Source of the DNA: Promethearchaeota archaeon
GTDB taxonomy: Archaea > Asgardarchaeota > Lokiarchaeia > Sigyniarchaeales > SOKP01
Length of the DNA stretch: 64,000 nt
Direction: 5' to 3'
NCBI GenBank assembly: GCA_016840165.1
Contig: JAEOSU010000076.1
Span: 32,001-96,000 of the forward strand
Shown here: positions 28,956 to 38,312 of the stretch, piece after piece
Numbering within the stretch: position 1 is the stretch's first letter
How the letters are laid out: each line of letters opens with the position of its first letter
The notes under the pieces: generated by a model
Told to the model about the DNA's origin: nothing
Databases searched by the model: none
What the model saw: only the letters and a program-made list of their open reading frames with translations
Translations under genes and position numbers: made by a program

Positions 28956-29843
28956 TTATTTTTTTTCGAGTGGCCATTCCAATAGAGACATTATTAAATT
29001 CTGATTAGAAAGACCCCCTCTGGTTAATTTTCCTATAAAATTTTCTTTACCAAACATTTTTCGCGTTATATATTTTAAAAATCGTTTACCATCAAGGCCT
29101 TTATCTTGTGCTTCCTTTTGGAATTTAAATGCTTTTTCATGTAAATCTTCGATTTCCTCAATTTTTTCCTTGATTATCGAACGATTTTTAAATACACCTC
29201 GTCCTGCAGTAAAAATGACTAAATTATCCATATTTTTAGTGATTTCTTCAATTTTTCTCAGAGATTCATAAATCTGGAAGATATCTTCAGGTATATCCGT
29301 AGTTTTACCAAAAATCATAGTATATTTCGGCATTATACCATCAGCAATAATGGCCCATTCTTGCGTTCTTTCAAGTAATGCGATTTCTTCCATAGCATGA
29401 CCAGGAATTTCGATTATATCAAATCTATATTTGTTCTTGCAAGTTAAAATAGAAGTTTCTACGGCTTTTGCGTTAAAGGGGCGATAAGGAAAACCCCATG
29501 TAATCCTTCTATAATCAGGATAATTTTTCTTTTTTTTGAGATGTGGTAATGCCTTTTTGCTCGCATAAATAGGTATATTAAATTCAGATTGAAGCATCGC
29601 TGCTCCTCCGCAATGATCTTCGTGAGAATGCGTGATAACACACTTCTTTACTTTATGATCGTCATCAAGCGAAAGAATAAACTTTCTTAAATCCTCTACA
29701 CTTCCAGGAGCTCCTGAATCGATTAACAACCCGTCTATCAAAAAGCATGAGGTCCAGAAAGGAGCAGGTAGAAGCTTGCTATCTGAGGACCATTTCCATT
29801 CTATTATCTCTCCACTGCAATGATATTTAATATCTACAACCAT
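28956..29843 (-). CDS. Metallo-beta-lactamase fold hydrolase
   Basis: LLIDSG, THSHEDH, PGH, AD; the final His motif appears altered (TAGRG). Confidence 0.85.
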   Translation of the reverse strand: MVVDIKYHCSGEIIEWKWSSDSKLLPAPFWTSCFLIDGLLIDSGAPGSVEDLRKFILSLDDDHKVKKCVITHSHEDHCGGAAMLQSEFNIPIYASKKALPHLKKKKNYPDYRRITWGFPYRPFNAKAVETSILTCKNKYRFDIIEIPGHAMEEIALLERTQEWAIIADGIMPKYTMIFGKTTDIPEDIFQIYESLRKIEEITKNMDNLVIFTAGRGVFKNRSIIKEKIEEIEDLHEKAFKFQKEAQDKGLDGKRFLKYITRKMFGKENFIGKLTRGGLSNQNLIMSLLEWPLEKK

Positions 29844-29979
29844 TTTTATATCATGAAAATAGGTTTCAATAAAGGAAAAGAAGCAGAAAAATAAGAGACT
29901 TTTGAAAAAAGTAGTATAATAAACTTGGAATAAAATTTAAAAATTTTAAAAAAAAAGAATTATGAGATATTGGTTTATC

Positions 29980-30120
29980 TTAATCTGATATTTTTGTAAA
30001 AAAACTTTTATCCACGCCACAAACAGGACAAACCCAATCATCTGGGAGATCCTCAAATTTAGTTCCTTCTGCAGCTTCGTCATAAACATATCCACATGCA
30101 GAACACTCGTATTTTGCCAT
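29980..30120 (-). CDS. Rubredoxin (46 aa), missing from the ORF track
   Basis: Hand translation: [46 protein letters not shown]; GAGTGA SD-like motif upstream. Confidence 0.95.
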   Translation of the reverse strand: MAKYECSACGYVYDEAAEGTKFEDLPDDWVCPVCGVDKSFFTKISD

Positions 30121-30293
30121 TTAAAGTCACTCTTTATGTTTGTATAATTTGAGTTTTTAAATTAGATATTAATTAAAAATAATTGTGTAATAATTTATAA
30201 AACTTATAATCTGAAAGGGATGAAATAAATGCAAAATTGAGATTTATATGTTTATAAATAATGTTTGGCTTATGTAAGGATGAAATTTTTAAA

Positions 30294-30443
30294 TTAATTA
30301 AGTCCTATTGATTTTTTAACAAAGAATTGCCGCGATGCCCTACATTTGGGGCATTTATATTCATCCTTTAGCTTATCAAAGGAGATTTCATTCTCATCAT
30401 CAACGTAAAGATAATTACATCTTTTACATCGGTAGATTGCTAT
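30294..30443 (-). CDS. Rubredoxin-like protein (49 aa, probable AUA start)
   Basis: (M)AIYRCKRCNYLYVD...FDKLKDEYKCPKCRA. AGGTGA at 30456-30451 lies 7 nt before the ATA at 30443. The track start (30509) overlaps the upstream gene. Confidence 0.8.
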   Translation of the reverse strand: MAIYRCKRCNYLYVDDENEISFDKLKDEYKCPKCRASRQFFVKKSIGLN

Positions 30444-30454
30444 AAATTTTTCAC

Positions 30455-31804
30455 CTATATTTTTAGTTTGAAATCTTTTTTCGTAGCACGGCAATCTGGA
30501 TTCGGACATTTAAAAGTGTCTGGTAAATCCTCAAAAGGTACTTCCATTTTTGCTTCATCATACACAGCACCACAGTTGACACATGCATATTCGTGTATAT
30601 CCAATAACTTTCTTAATTCTTTAGGATCGACATCTTGTTCCATTTTATTAGTAACATATTGCATCGCGGTATTGTCTCCAAATAATATTGCTCCCTTTAG
30701 TTTATTATCTTTAAGAACAATTTTCTCATAACAGCAATCTTTTTTATCTGCTTTTCTTAAGATGTCCCATCCTCCACCCTGTTCACTGCTAGGATCAAAA
30801 ATTCCTATAGAAGTCAAATCTAAACCTACGATTTTCAATGTATTTTTTGGAGTGGTTCCAGCATATTTTTTGGTTTTCTTTTCAAGAACAGAAGCAGAAA
30901 TTATTTTAGATTGTTCCATACACGCTGGAATAATGCCCCATGTCTGATTTTTATATTCAATACAATCTCCTACAGCATATACATCTTTTTCACTTGTTTC
31001 CAAGAATTCATTTACAATTATACCTCGATTAGTTTCAATACCTGCATTTTTTGCTAACGTAATTTCTGGACTAATTCCTGCTTGGATAAGAACAATATCA
31101 GCATTGAATACTCTCCCATCTTTAAGTTTGATACCCTCAACATGATTATTTCCAAGAATAGCTTCTGTGGCAGCGCTTAAGACAACATTTATTCCTCTTC
31201 CTTTGATCTCTTCTTTCAACATTAAACTGCATTCATCATCCAATTGTTTTGGTAATAATCGGGGAAAAAATTCAACCACAGTAGTGTCGAGATCTAATTG
31301 ATTAATTTGATTAGCTAATTCTAAACCAAGTAAACCCCCACCAATGATGACTGCTTTAGATTTTATGTTAAGTTTGGCAATATATTCTTTAATCTCTAGC
31401 GCATCTTTGATATTACGAAGAGTAAAAAGTCCTTTATGCTCCATCTCGGGTGCGTTTTCGATTGGAGGGATATTTGGATTGCTTCCAGTGGCAATGATAA
31501 GCTTATCATAAGAAAGAGGGCCGGGAGACTTATCGGTATAGATTTTCTTTTCCTTTGGAAGAATTTTTACTACTTTCTCCTCTAAGTGAAGTGATATCTT
31601 ATTAGTATGGTACCAATTTTCCTTAAAAACAATAAAATCATCGATAGAAACTTTATCGGATATAAATTCCGGTAATTTAATTCGGGTATAATAAGGGTAT
31701 TTTTCTTCAGTAAAAATCTCAATATCCACACCATCATTGAGATTACGGATATTCTGAGCACTAAACGTTCCCGCAACATTGTTTCCGATAATTATTATCT
31801 TCAT
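30455..31804 (-). CDS. NAD(P)H:rubredoxin oxidoreductase-like flavoprotein with a fused C-terminal rubredoxin domain
   Basis: IIGNNVAG, Y.RI.L, IATGS, IGGGLLGLE, YAVGD; C-terminal CVNCGAVYDE...FEDLPDTFKCPNPDC. Confidence 0.9.
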   Translation of the reverse strand: MKIIIIGNNVAGTFSAQNIRNLNDGVDIEIFTEEKYPYYTRIKLPEFISDKVSIDDFIVFKENWYHTNKISLHLEEKVVKILPKEKKIYTDKSPGPLSYDKLIIATGSNPNIPPIENAPEMEHKGLFTLRNIKDALEIKEYIAKLNIKSKAVIIGGGLLGLELANQINQLDLDTTVVEFFPRLLPKQLDDECSLMLKEEIKGRGINVVLSAATEAILGNNHVEGIKLKDGRVFNADIVLIQAGISPEITLAKNAGIETNRGIIVNEFLETSEKDVYAVGDCIEYKNQTWGIIPACMEQSKIISASVLEKKTKKYAGTTPKNTLKIVGLDLTSIGIFDPSSEQGGGWDILRKADKKDCCYEKIVLKDNKLKGAILFGDNTAMQYVTNKMEQDVDPKELRKLLDIHEYACVNCGAVYDEAKMEVPFEDLPDTFKCPNPDCRATKKDFKLKI

Positions 31805-32018
31805 AGAAATAAAACGCTTTTCATAATATTTTAAGATTGTTATTATAGAATGAAAAAATTATTTTTTCTAAAAAGTATTGGATAAAGATATTCCTAACAT
31901 TGAAACATGTTCGTGTCTAATTTTAAATTAAGTAAAACAAATCATTCATTTGATTTATAAATATTACATTTATTAATCCAATATTCTTAAAAGAAAATAC
32001 AACAGAGTGGTGTGAACT

Positions 32019-33923
32019 ATGGAAGGAGAAAGAATTTCTTATCATAAAACAGTTCAAAAAGTCTATGAGAGAATTAAAGAAGATGGAATAACGAGTATCT
32101 GGGATAGATTCCAAGCTCAAGGATTCGGAGATAACCCGGATAAACGTTGTCCTTTTTGTCTCAAAGGAGCTAGATGTGATTTGTGTTCTAACGGACCATG
32201 TCGAGCTGATGCCTCTATAGATAAGAGAGGGGTATGTGGAATTACAGCAGATGGCATGGCGATGAGAATGATGCTACTTAGAAATGTTATGGGAACCTCA
32301 ACATATCATTATCATACCGAAACCACGCTAAGGACATTAAAAGCTACTATTGAAGGAAAAACACCTTTCAAAATAAGCGAACCAGAAAAACTGAAAACTT
32401 TTGCTAAACGTCTTAACATCGATACCTCGGGTGGAGAAAATGACATCGCATTGAGATTATACCAATTTGTGAAAGATGATTTTAATGTTCCATATACTGA
32501 ACATAGCAAGATTGTCGAAGCTTTAGCTCCAAAAGAAAGAAAAGAAATTTGGAAAAAATTAGGGATCTTTCCTGGTGGAGTTTATGGAGAAATGATGTTT
32601 TCAACAAGTTCTTGCTTAACAAATGTGGATGGGTATTATGCAAGTTTAGCTTTGAAGGCGATGAGATTAGGTATAGCGATGGCTTATCAAAGTCAAATCG
32701 TAAATGAATTTATACAAGATATATTATTTAACGTCCCAAGACCTCATAAAATGCGTGTGAATTTAGGTGTTTTAGATCCGGATTATGTGAATATTTTACC
32801 TAATGGTCATGAGCCTTTCTTGGGATTTGCTATGGTCCAATTAGCACGAAAGCCAGAATGGCAAGAGAAAGCAAAAGCAGTTGGAGCAAAAGGGTTGCGA
32901 ATAATAGCGAATATTGAAACAGGTCAGGAAATGATTCAAAGATGGGAAATGGATGATGTATTCTATGGATTTACAGGAAATTGGATAATGCAAGAAACCG
33001 TTTTAGCGAGTGGATGCATCGATGCGTTTGTATGTGATATGAATTGTTGCATGCCTATAGACCCTTTATATGCAGAAAAGTACAAGTTTAAGCTAATTCC
33101 TGTATCAGAAGTAGTGGTATTTGAGGGTATCGATGAAAGATTGGATTATATACCAGAAAAAGCGGAGGAACAAGCAGCAAAGCTATTACAAATGGGCATT
33201 GATAATTTTAACGAAAGGCATACAACCATTACACCTATAAGAGATCTGGAAATGGGTGAGGCAGTAGTCGGATTCTCAACTGAAAGCATTTTAGAAGCAC
33301 TAGGCGGAACACTTGATCCCTTATTAGGTGCAATAAAAGATGGAACCATTAGAGGAATTGCGGGTATGGTATCATGTACAACGCTCCGAGATTATGGACA
33401 AGATGTACATACCGTTAATGTAGTTAAGGAATTAATTAAAAATGATGTTTTAGTTCTTTCAATGGGTTGTGGAAATGGTGCTGTTCAGGTTGCAGGATTA
33501 TGTTTACCAGAAGCTAAATATTTAGCTGGACCTGGACTGAAAACATTATGTGAAAAATTAGAAATTCCACCTGTGTTAAGTTATGGAACATGTACTGATA
33601 CTGGTCGTGTTGCTGATCTTATTGGAGCAGTATCAAACGCATTGGGAGGAGTTGCAATACCCGATTTACCTGTAGTTGCTGTGGCACCCGAATATATGGA
33701 ACAAAAAGCCACCATTGACGCTATATTCGCTTTAGGATTTGGTCTTTATACATATGTAAATCCTGTTCCAACCGTCACAGGAGGTCCAGATCTTGTTAAA
33801 CTTTTAACCGTAGACTGTAAAGATATAACTGGTGGGATATTACATGTTGAAACCGATAGTAAAGAGGCTGTGAAGGCTATGCTTGATCATATAGAAACAA
33901 ACAGGAAGAAATTAGGAATATAA
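32019..33923 (+). CDS. cooS: Ni-CODH family (CooS) protein with atypical C-cluster ligands
   Basis: CPFC..G..CDLCSNGPC...GVCG (D/B clusters), NGHEP, IETGQE in place of CCTGNE, DMNC, VSCT, MGCG, GTCTD.GR, EQKA. Confidence 0.92.
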   Translation: MEGERISYHKTVQKVYERIKEDGITSIWDRFQAQGFGDNPDKRCPFCLKGARCDLCSNGPCRADASIDKRGVCGITADGMAMRMMLLRNVMGTSTYHYHTETTLRTLKATIEGKTPFKISEPEKLKTFAKRLNIDTSGGENDIALRLYQFVKDDFNVPYTEHSKIVEALAPKERKEIWKKLGIFPGGVYGEMMFSTSSCLTNVDGYYASLALKAMRLGIAMAYQSQIVNEFIQDILFNVPRPHKMRVNLGVLDPDYVNILPNGHEPFLGFAMVQLARKPEWQEKAKAVGAKGLRIIANIETGQEMIQRWEMDDVFYGFTGNWIMQETVLASGCIDAFVCDMNCCMPIDPLYAEKYKFKLIPVSEVVVFEGIDERLDYIPEKAEEQAAKLLQMGIDNFNERHTTITPIRDLEMGEAVVGFSTESILEALGGTLDPLLGAIKDGTIRGIAGMVSCTTLRDYGQDVHTVNVVKELIKNDVLVLSMGCGNGAVQVAGLCLPEAKYLAGPGLKTLCEKLEIPPVLSYGTCTDTGRVADLIGAVSNALGGVAIPDLPVVAVAPEYMEQKATIDAIFALGFGLYTYVNPVPTVTGGPDLVKLLTVDCKDITGGILHVETDSKEAVKAMLDHIETNRKKLGI

Positions 33924-34028
33924 TAATTTTTTTTCTATTTTTTATCTTAAGTTGCTAGTATTTATGAAGGGACAAACTAAGAACATGTTCAAGAGCAAAC
34001 TTATTTGAATACTAAAATTTTTCCTTTT

Positions 34029-34781
34029 ATGACTGAAGCAACTCAACCAAAAAAAGTATTTAGGAAAATTATTGAAATTGATGAGGAACTTTGCACCGGT
34101 TGTGGAGCTTGTGTAGTATCTTGTGCGGAGGGTGCTTTAGCTATTATTGATGGCAAGGCAAAGGTTATCAATGAAGTGTTTTGCGATGGATTAGGTGCCT
34201 GTATTGGAGAATGTCCTGAAGGGGCACTTAGAATCATTGAACGCGAGGCGCTTGAATTTGATGAAGAAGAAGTCGAAAACTATTTAGAATCTATAAAAGA
34301 AAAGACCATTAAAGAGAGTTATCAGTGTTCATGTCCATCTGCGCAAACTATGATATTTGAAGAGAAATTAGATGAAGAGACATCTATAGGAGCTTCTTAT
34401 TCTGCTCTTAGACAATGGCCAGTACAAATGCATTTAATTAATCCATTAGCACCCTATTTTAAAGGAGCAGACGTAATTTTGACAGCTGATTGTGTAGCAT
34501 ATTCCCTAGGAGGTTTCCATAGTGATTATCTTCGTGGAAAGTCTATAGCTATTGCCTGCCCTAAACTTGATCAAGGGAGGGAACGATATATTGAAAAAAT
34601 TCGAATGTGGATCGATGATGCAAAAATCAATACTCTTACAGTTATGATGATGGAAGTTCCATGTTGTACAGGCTTGTTAGCTTTAGCTAAGGATGCTGCA
34701 AATCAGGCTCAGAGAAAGGTTCCTATTAAATATATTATAGTTGGAATAAAGGGAGATATTTTAAAAGAAGAATGGATTTAG
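34029..34781 (+). CDS. 4Fe-4S ferredoxin-domain protein of the type found beside hcp (FrdX-like)
   Basis: RKIIEIDEELCTGCGACVVSCAEGA, CDGLGACIGECP, CSCP, SALRQWPVQ, ADC, ACPKLD, MEVPCC. ATG at 34029 preferred. Confidence 0.88.
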   Translation: MTEATQPKKVFRKIIEIDEELCTGCGACVVSCAEGALAIIDGKAKVINEVFCDGLGACIGECPEGALRIIEREALEFDEEEVENYLESIKEKTIKESYQCSCPSAQTMIFEEKLDEETSIGASYSALRQWPVQMHLINPLAPYFKGADVILTADCVAYSLGGFHSDYLRGKSIAIACPKLDQGRERYIEKIRMWIDDAKINTLTVMMMEVPCCTGLLALAKDAANQAQRKVPIKYIIVGIKGDILKEEWI

Positions 34782-34807
34782 TTTTTTAATTATTAATCAA
34801 ATGAATT

Positions 34808-35461
34808 TTAAATATCCATTACCACTTTCTTTTTAATAATTTTTCTCAGCATTACTGATAGAGCAGATTTTGATCTTCCTAAATTCTTTGCTAATTCTTC
34901 TAAAGAGATTAATCGGGGTATTTCAAAAAATCCTTGTTTAATAGCTTCATCTAAAACCTGCGATTCTTCTATGCTTAATCGCTCTTTCTGTTCATCAAGA
35001 ATATAGGGTGAAGTCCCTATTCTTAACAACTCGAAATCGATGTTTTTCTGCTCAAATATAGTTAATAATATATCAATATTTTTTCTACTAGAAACAAGCC
35101 TCCAGTAAGCATATCCCTCCCTTACGTTAACTGGAAACTTTACTAATACTCCACATTTAATAAGTGCATATAATAAGTAGGGATCTCTAGTTTTAACGTT
35201 AAATCGAACCTTATTTTCATCTTGTTCTAATATAGTAAAATCTTGAACAGAGGAATGATTTCTAACTAAATCAATTACTTCATCAATTTTGAAATCTTGT
35301 ATTTCAATAATAGAATTTCCTATAGATTTTTCTAAATCGTAGGGAAGGAAATATTCTATTTCCATTTTAATATTTGGGAATTTGTTAAAAATTTCCGAAA
35401 TCCAGATTTGTTCAGGAAATTTTATTTTCACTCGTGCTAAACTTGCTTTAGTTGAAACCAT
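34808..35461 (-). CDS. HTH-10 (Bat/HoxA-like) archaeal transcription regulator
   Basis: C-terminal LS.EE..VL..AI..GFFEIPR..SLEELA..LG.SKSALS..LRK. Confidence 0.88.
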   Translation of the reverse strand: MVSTKASLARVKIKFPEQIWISEIFNKFPNIKMEIEYFLPYDLEKSIGNSIIEIQDFKIDEVIDLVRNHSSVQDFTILEQDENKVRFNVKTRDPYLLYALIKCGVLVKFPVNVREGYAYWRLVSSRKNIDILLTIFEQKNIDFELLRIGTSPYILDEQKERLSIEESQVLDEAIKQGFFEIPRLISLEELAKNLGRSKSALSVMLRKIIKKKVVMDI

Positions 35462-35544
35462 CTAATTTAGTAATTATAAGCAATATAAATTTTTTTCAGT
35501 ATTTGAATAATTAATAATATATAGCTTTCGAAATATGTATTATT

Positions 35545-36144
35545 ATGGTCGAGAATAACAATTTATTATTAGGAGTCTGTGGAAGTCCTAGAAAGGAAGG
35601 AACTGAATTTGCCATTCAATATGCCTTGACTTATGCGCGGGAGAAATTTCATTTTGAAACTGAATTTTGGACGGTAAGAGCTAAAAAAATAAATTTTTGT
35701 ATCAATTGCGATTACTGTGTTAATGAGAAAAAAGGTTGTGTGTTTAAAGATGATATGCTTGAGTTGTATCCTAAATTAGAAAATGCAAAATTTCTATTAT
35801 TTGGAACACCGGTATTTCAAGGAAATCTTTCTGGGCAGTTAAAAACTGTAATGGATCGCTGCCGAGCACTAGTAGCAAAGAATCCGGAAGTATTTAAAGA
35901 AAAATATGGAGTTGCCATCGCTGTCGGGGGTGACCGTAGTGGAGGTCAAGAAATTGCAATACGAACAATTCTCGATTTCTATCAACAAAACCATGTAATT
36001 TCTTTGTCGGGAGGAGCCTTTGGTGCAAATTTAGGAGCTAGTCTATGGAGCAAAGATCGTGGAAAGGAGGGTGTAGAAACCGATGAGGAAGGTCTGCGAG
36101 CAGTACGGAAAATTATAAAACGTTTAGCAGAACTTAAATATTAA
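35545..36144 (+). CDS. Iron-sulfur flavoprotein (Isf) / flavodoxin family
   Basis: GSPRK.GT, CINCDYC...GC...DDM, GTPVF, LKTVMDR, GG.RSGGQE. Confidence 0.9.
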   Translation: MVENNNLLLGVCGSPRKEGTEFAIQYALTYAREKFHFETEFWTVRAKKINFCINCDYCVNEKKGCVFKDDMLELYPKLENAKFLLFGTPVFQGNLSGQLKTVMDRCRALVAKNPEVFKEKYGVAIAVGGDRSGGQEIAIRTILDFYQQNHVISLSGGAFGANLGASLWSKDRGKEGVETDEEGLRAVRKIIKRLAELKY

Positions 36145-36230
36145 CTTCCAAATCCACAATATTTATTTGAATAAAATTGGTACCTTATTCTAAAATAAGA
36201 AAAAAATATGAAAATATTGCTTTGGAAATA

Positions 36231-36527
36231 TTAACCTACTCCAAATAACTTTTCTGCTTCTTTTTCACGTAACCCGCTAATTCCAAAAAGTTCTTTAAAA
36301 ATGTATTTACCTTTATACATTACCACAGGAGTATTAACTATACATCCATCAGCATCACAAAAAGTTCCTAAAAAATTCTCGTCATTCAGTAATTGACTGA
36401 CAAATTCCTCGTCATTTATGTCTTTTTCAACATAATTAACTTCGTTTTCATTCAACCACTCTTTAAGGGCATGACAACGTGAACAATTTTCCTTAGTGAT
36501 TATAATGGGAAGTTTAATTTCAGCCAT
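36231..36527 (-). CDS. Glutaredoxin-like protein
   Basis: TKENCSRC..LKEWL, cis-Pro motif TPVV; a second Cys pair FCDADGC. Confidence 0.85.
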   Translation of the reverse strand: MAEIKLPIIITKENCSRCHALKEWLNENEVNYVEKDINDEEFVSQLLNDENFLGTFCDADGCIVNTPVVMYKGKYIFKELFGISGLREKEAEKLFGVG

Positions 36528-36605
36528 GATATTTCTATTTAAGTTATTAGCTATAAAAAATTTTTATCTTCTAAATTATAAATGCTTTTCTAATAGATAA
36601 CGTGT

Positions 36606-37649
36606 CTAAACCAACTGCTTAATCAGCCATCTTAGGGCATTAATTAATTGCTCATCTTCATTCAACACGTTGATTGAAAAATATTGAAGGGGCATTCCAC
36701 ATTTTTCTAATTCATTAATGTCAAAGTTTTTATAAATAAAATCAGGACTTAATTCCTCCTTATCATGAAATTTATTACCAATGATCATTATTGGCATATA
36801 CTCCCCTTTATCTAAACATCTATTTAAAACAAGCTGAAACATATCTATAGTATCTTTAATACTGGATTTTTCTGATGCATTAAAGATTAAAATAAACGCC
36901 TGGGCATTATCTAGGCAGTAATCATAAAGATTTTTTTGAGTATCTTCGAAATCACTTTCAATACACTCATATGTTAATAATTCAATGTTGTCGATAATAA
37001 AATCATAGACTTTATTAGCTAGATTCCTCTTTGCTTCATCATCTTTATAGTTAAGGAATTGTATAACTTCCAAATTTTTTAACAATGTCGTTTTACCTGA
37101 ATTTCGAGGTCCAAAGACATAAATTTTTTTCAAATCTCCTTTTCCGATAATAGGTGTCGAAATATTAATTTTTGGAGTGATCATCATATAATATTTATCA
37201 AATGTATCTAAAAAATGCTTTCTAAAAGATTTTGAAGCTCTTTTTAATGGATTTTTCCTAAGTAAATTGTCTTCCTTAGTATGTAATAGTTTAGTGAGTT
37301 CTTTATAGGATTTCAATTCGGAAGCGAATTTCTCTAATTCATCCGATTTCGAAAGTAAATAGTTATAAACATCTGTAATTTCATCCTTATAATAAGCGGC
37401 ACGAATCATATAAGTTATCATTAACAAATCTTTACCCCCTCGTGCAATTTCTGAATCAATATAAAAGATGTGATTAATAGTCTGATATTTTCGATAAGCA
37501 AAAATGAAAGTACCCTCCTCATCTTGAAATTCAAGAATTCTTCCTAAATCAGGGTGCTCGTCTGCCACGAGGGGATTATTACAATAAAATGTATTAGGAC
37601 CTAAAACCGTATCAAAATAACTTAAACAAAGGATAGACTCATTTGGCAT
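36606..37649 (-). CDS. Longin/uDENN-like domain fused to a degenerate Rab/Ras-like GTPase
   Basis: N-terminal LSYFDTVLGP hairpin; G1 GPRNSGKTT; AQAFILIFN; IIGNK..D; no DxxG. Confidence 0.7.
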   Translation of the reverse strand: MPNESILCLSYFDTVLGPNTFYCNNPLVADEHPDLGRILEFQDEEGTFIFAYRKYQTINHIFYIDSEIARGGKDLLMITYMIRAAYYKDEITDVYNYLLSKSDELEKFASELKSYKELTKLLHTKEDNLLRKNPLKRASKSFRKHFLDTFDKYYMMITPKINISTPIIGKGDLKKIYVFGPRNSGKTTLLKNLEVIQFLNYKDDEAKRNLANKVYDFIIDNIELLTYECIESDFEDTQKNLYDYCLDNAQAFILIFNASEKSSIKDTIDMFQLVLNRCLDKGEYMPIMIIGNKFHDKEELSPDFIYKNFDINELEKCGMPLQYFSINVLNEDEQLINALRWLIKQLV

Positions 37650-37831
37650 TTTGTATTAGAAAGGTATATTTTTCCTTATCTTATATAGAAGATAGTATTA
37701 GTTTTATATTAAACTATGAAATTAAAAAATAATCATATTACTCCATCTTGTTATTTTTTTCCTAAGCTTCAGCGAAATATGTAATAATTTATAAAAAACA
37801 AATTTTAATTCTCTTAAGGTCTCTCTAAGAT

Positions 37832-38281
37832 ATGGATTCTAATACTCAAAATACTGATTTCAATAATGCCATCAAAAACTTATTTAATGGCAAACTAATG
37901 GAACGAGTTGCTGCTGCTAAAAAACTTGGAGATATGAGAGATGGTAGAGCTACTAATTTACTGATAAAGGCATTAAAATCTGAAAAAGAGGGAATTGTAA
38001 TTAATCGAATTATAGAAGCATTAGGCGATATAAAGAATGCTAAAGCAACAATACCAATCGCTGAATTTCTAAAGGTTGAAACTCAAAAACCAGAAGAGGA
38101 ACAAGATAAAACGAGAATGTTTTTAATCATTGAGAGTTTAATGAAAATAGGAGATAAGAGAGCTTTAACTCATCTTGGAATATTATTAAACTCATGTCAT
38201 AGTGATATAAGAAAACTTACTGAAGAGGCATTTGAGTGTATTGATCCTAATTGGAAAGATAATATTAAAAGTGTGGAATAA
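37832..38281 (+). CDS. HEAT-repeat (PBS lyase-like) protein
   Basis: R..AA..LG...D.RA...L..AL, EALG.I..AKA..P, IGDKRAL..L. Confidence 0.85.
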   Translation: MDSNTQNTDFNNAIKNLFNGKLMERVAAAKKLGDMRDGRATNLLIKALKSEKEGIVINRIIEALGDIKNAKATIPIAEFLKVETQKPEEEQDKTRMFLIIESLMKIGDKRALTHLGILLNSCHSDIRKLTEEAFECIDPNWKDNIKSVE

Positions 38282-38312
38282 TCTAAATAAAATATAATTT
38301 AAATTTAAGTGA

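Noticed and set aside
30455-31804. Nitrite reductase NirB
   Set aside because: No BFD [2Fe-2S] or siroheme domains; it ends in a rubredoxin domain instead.
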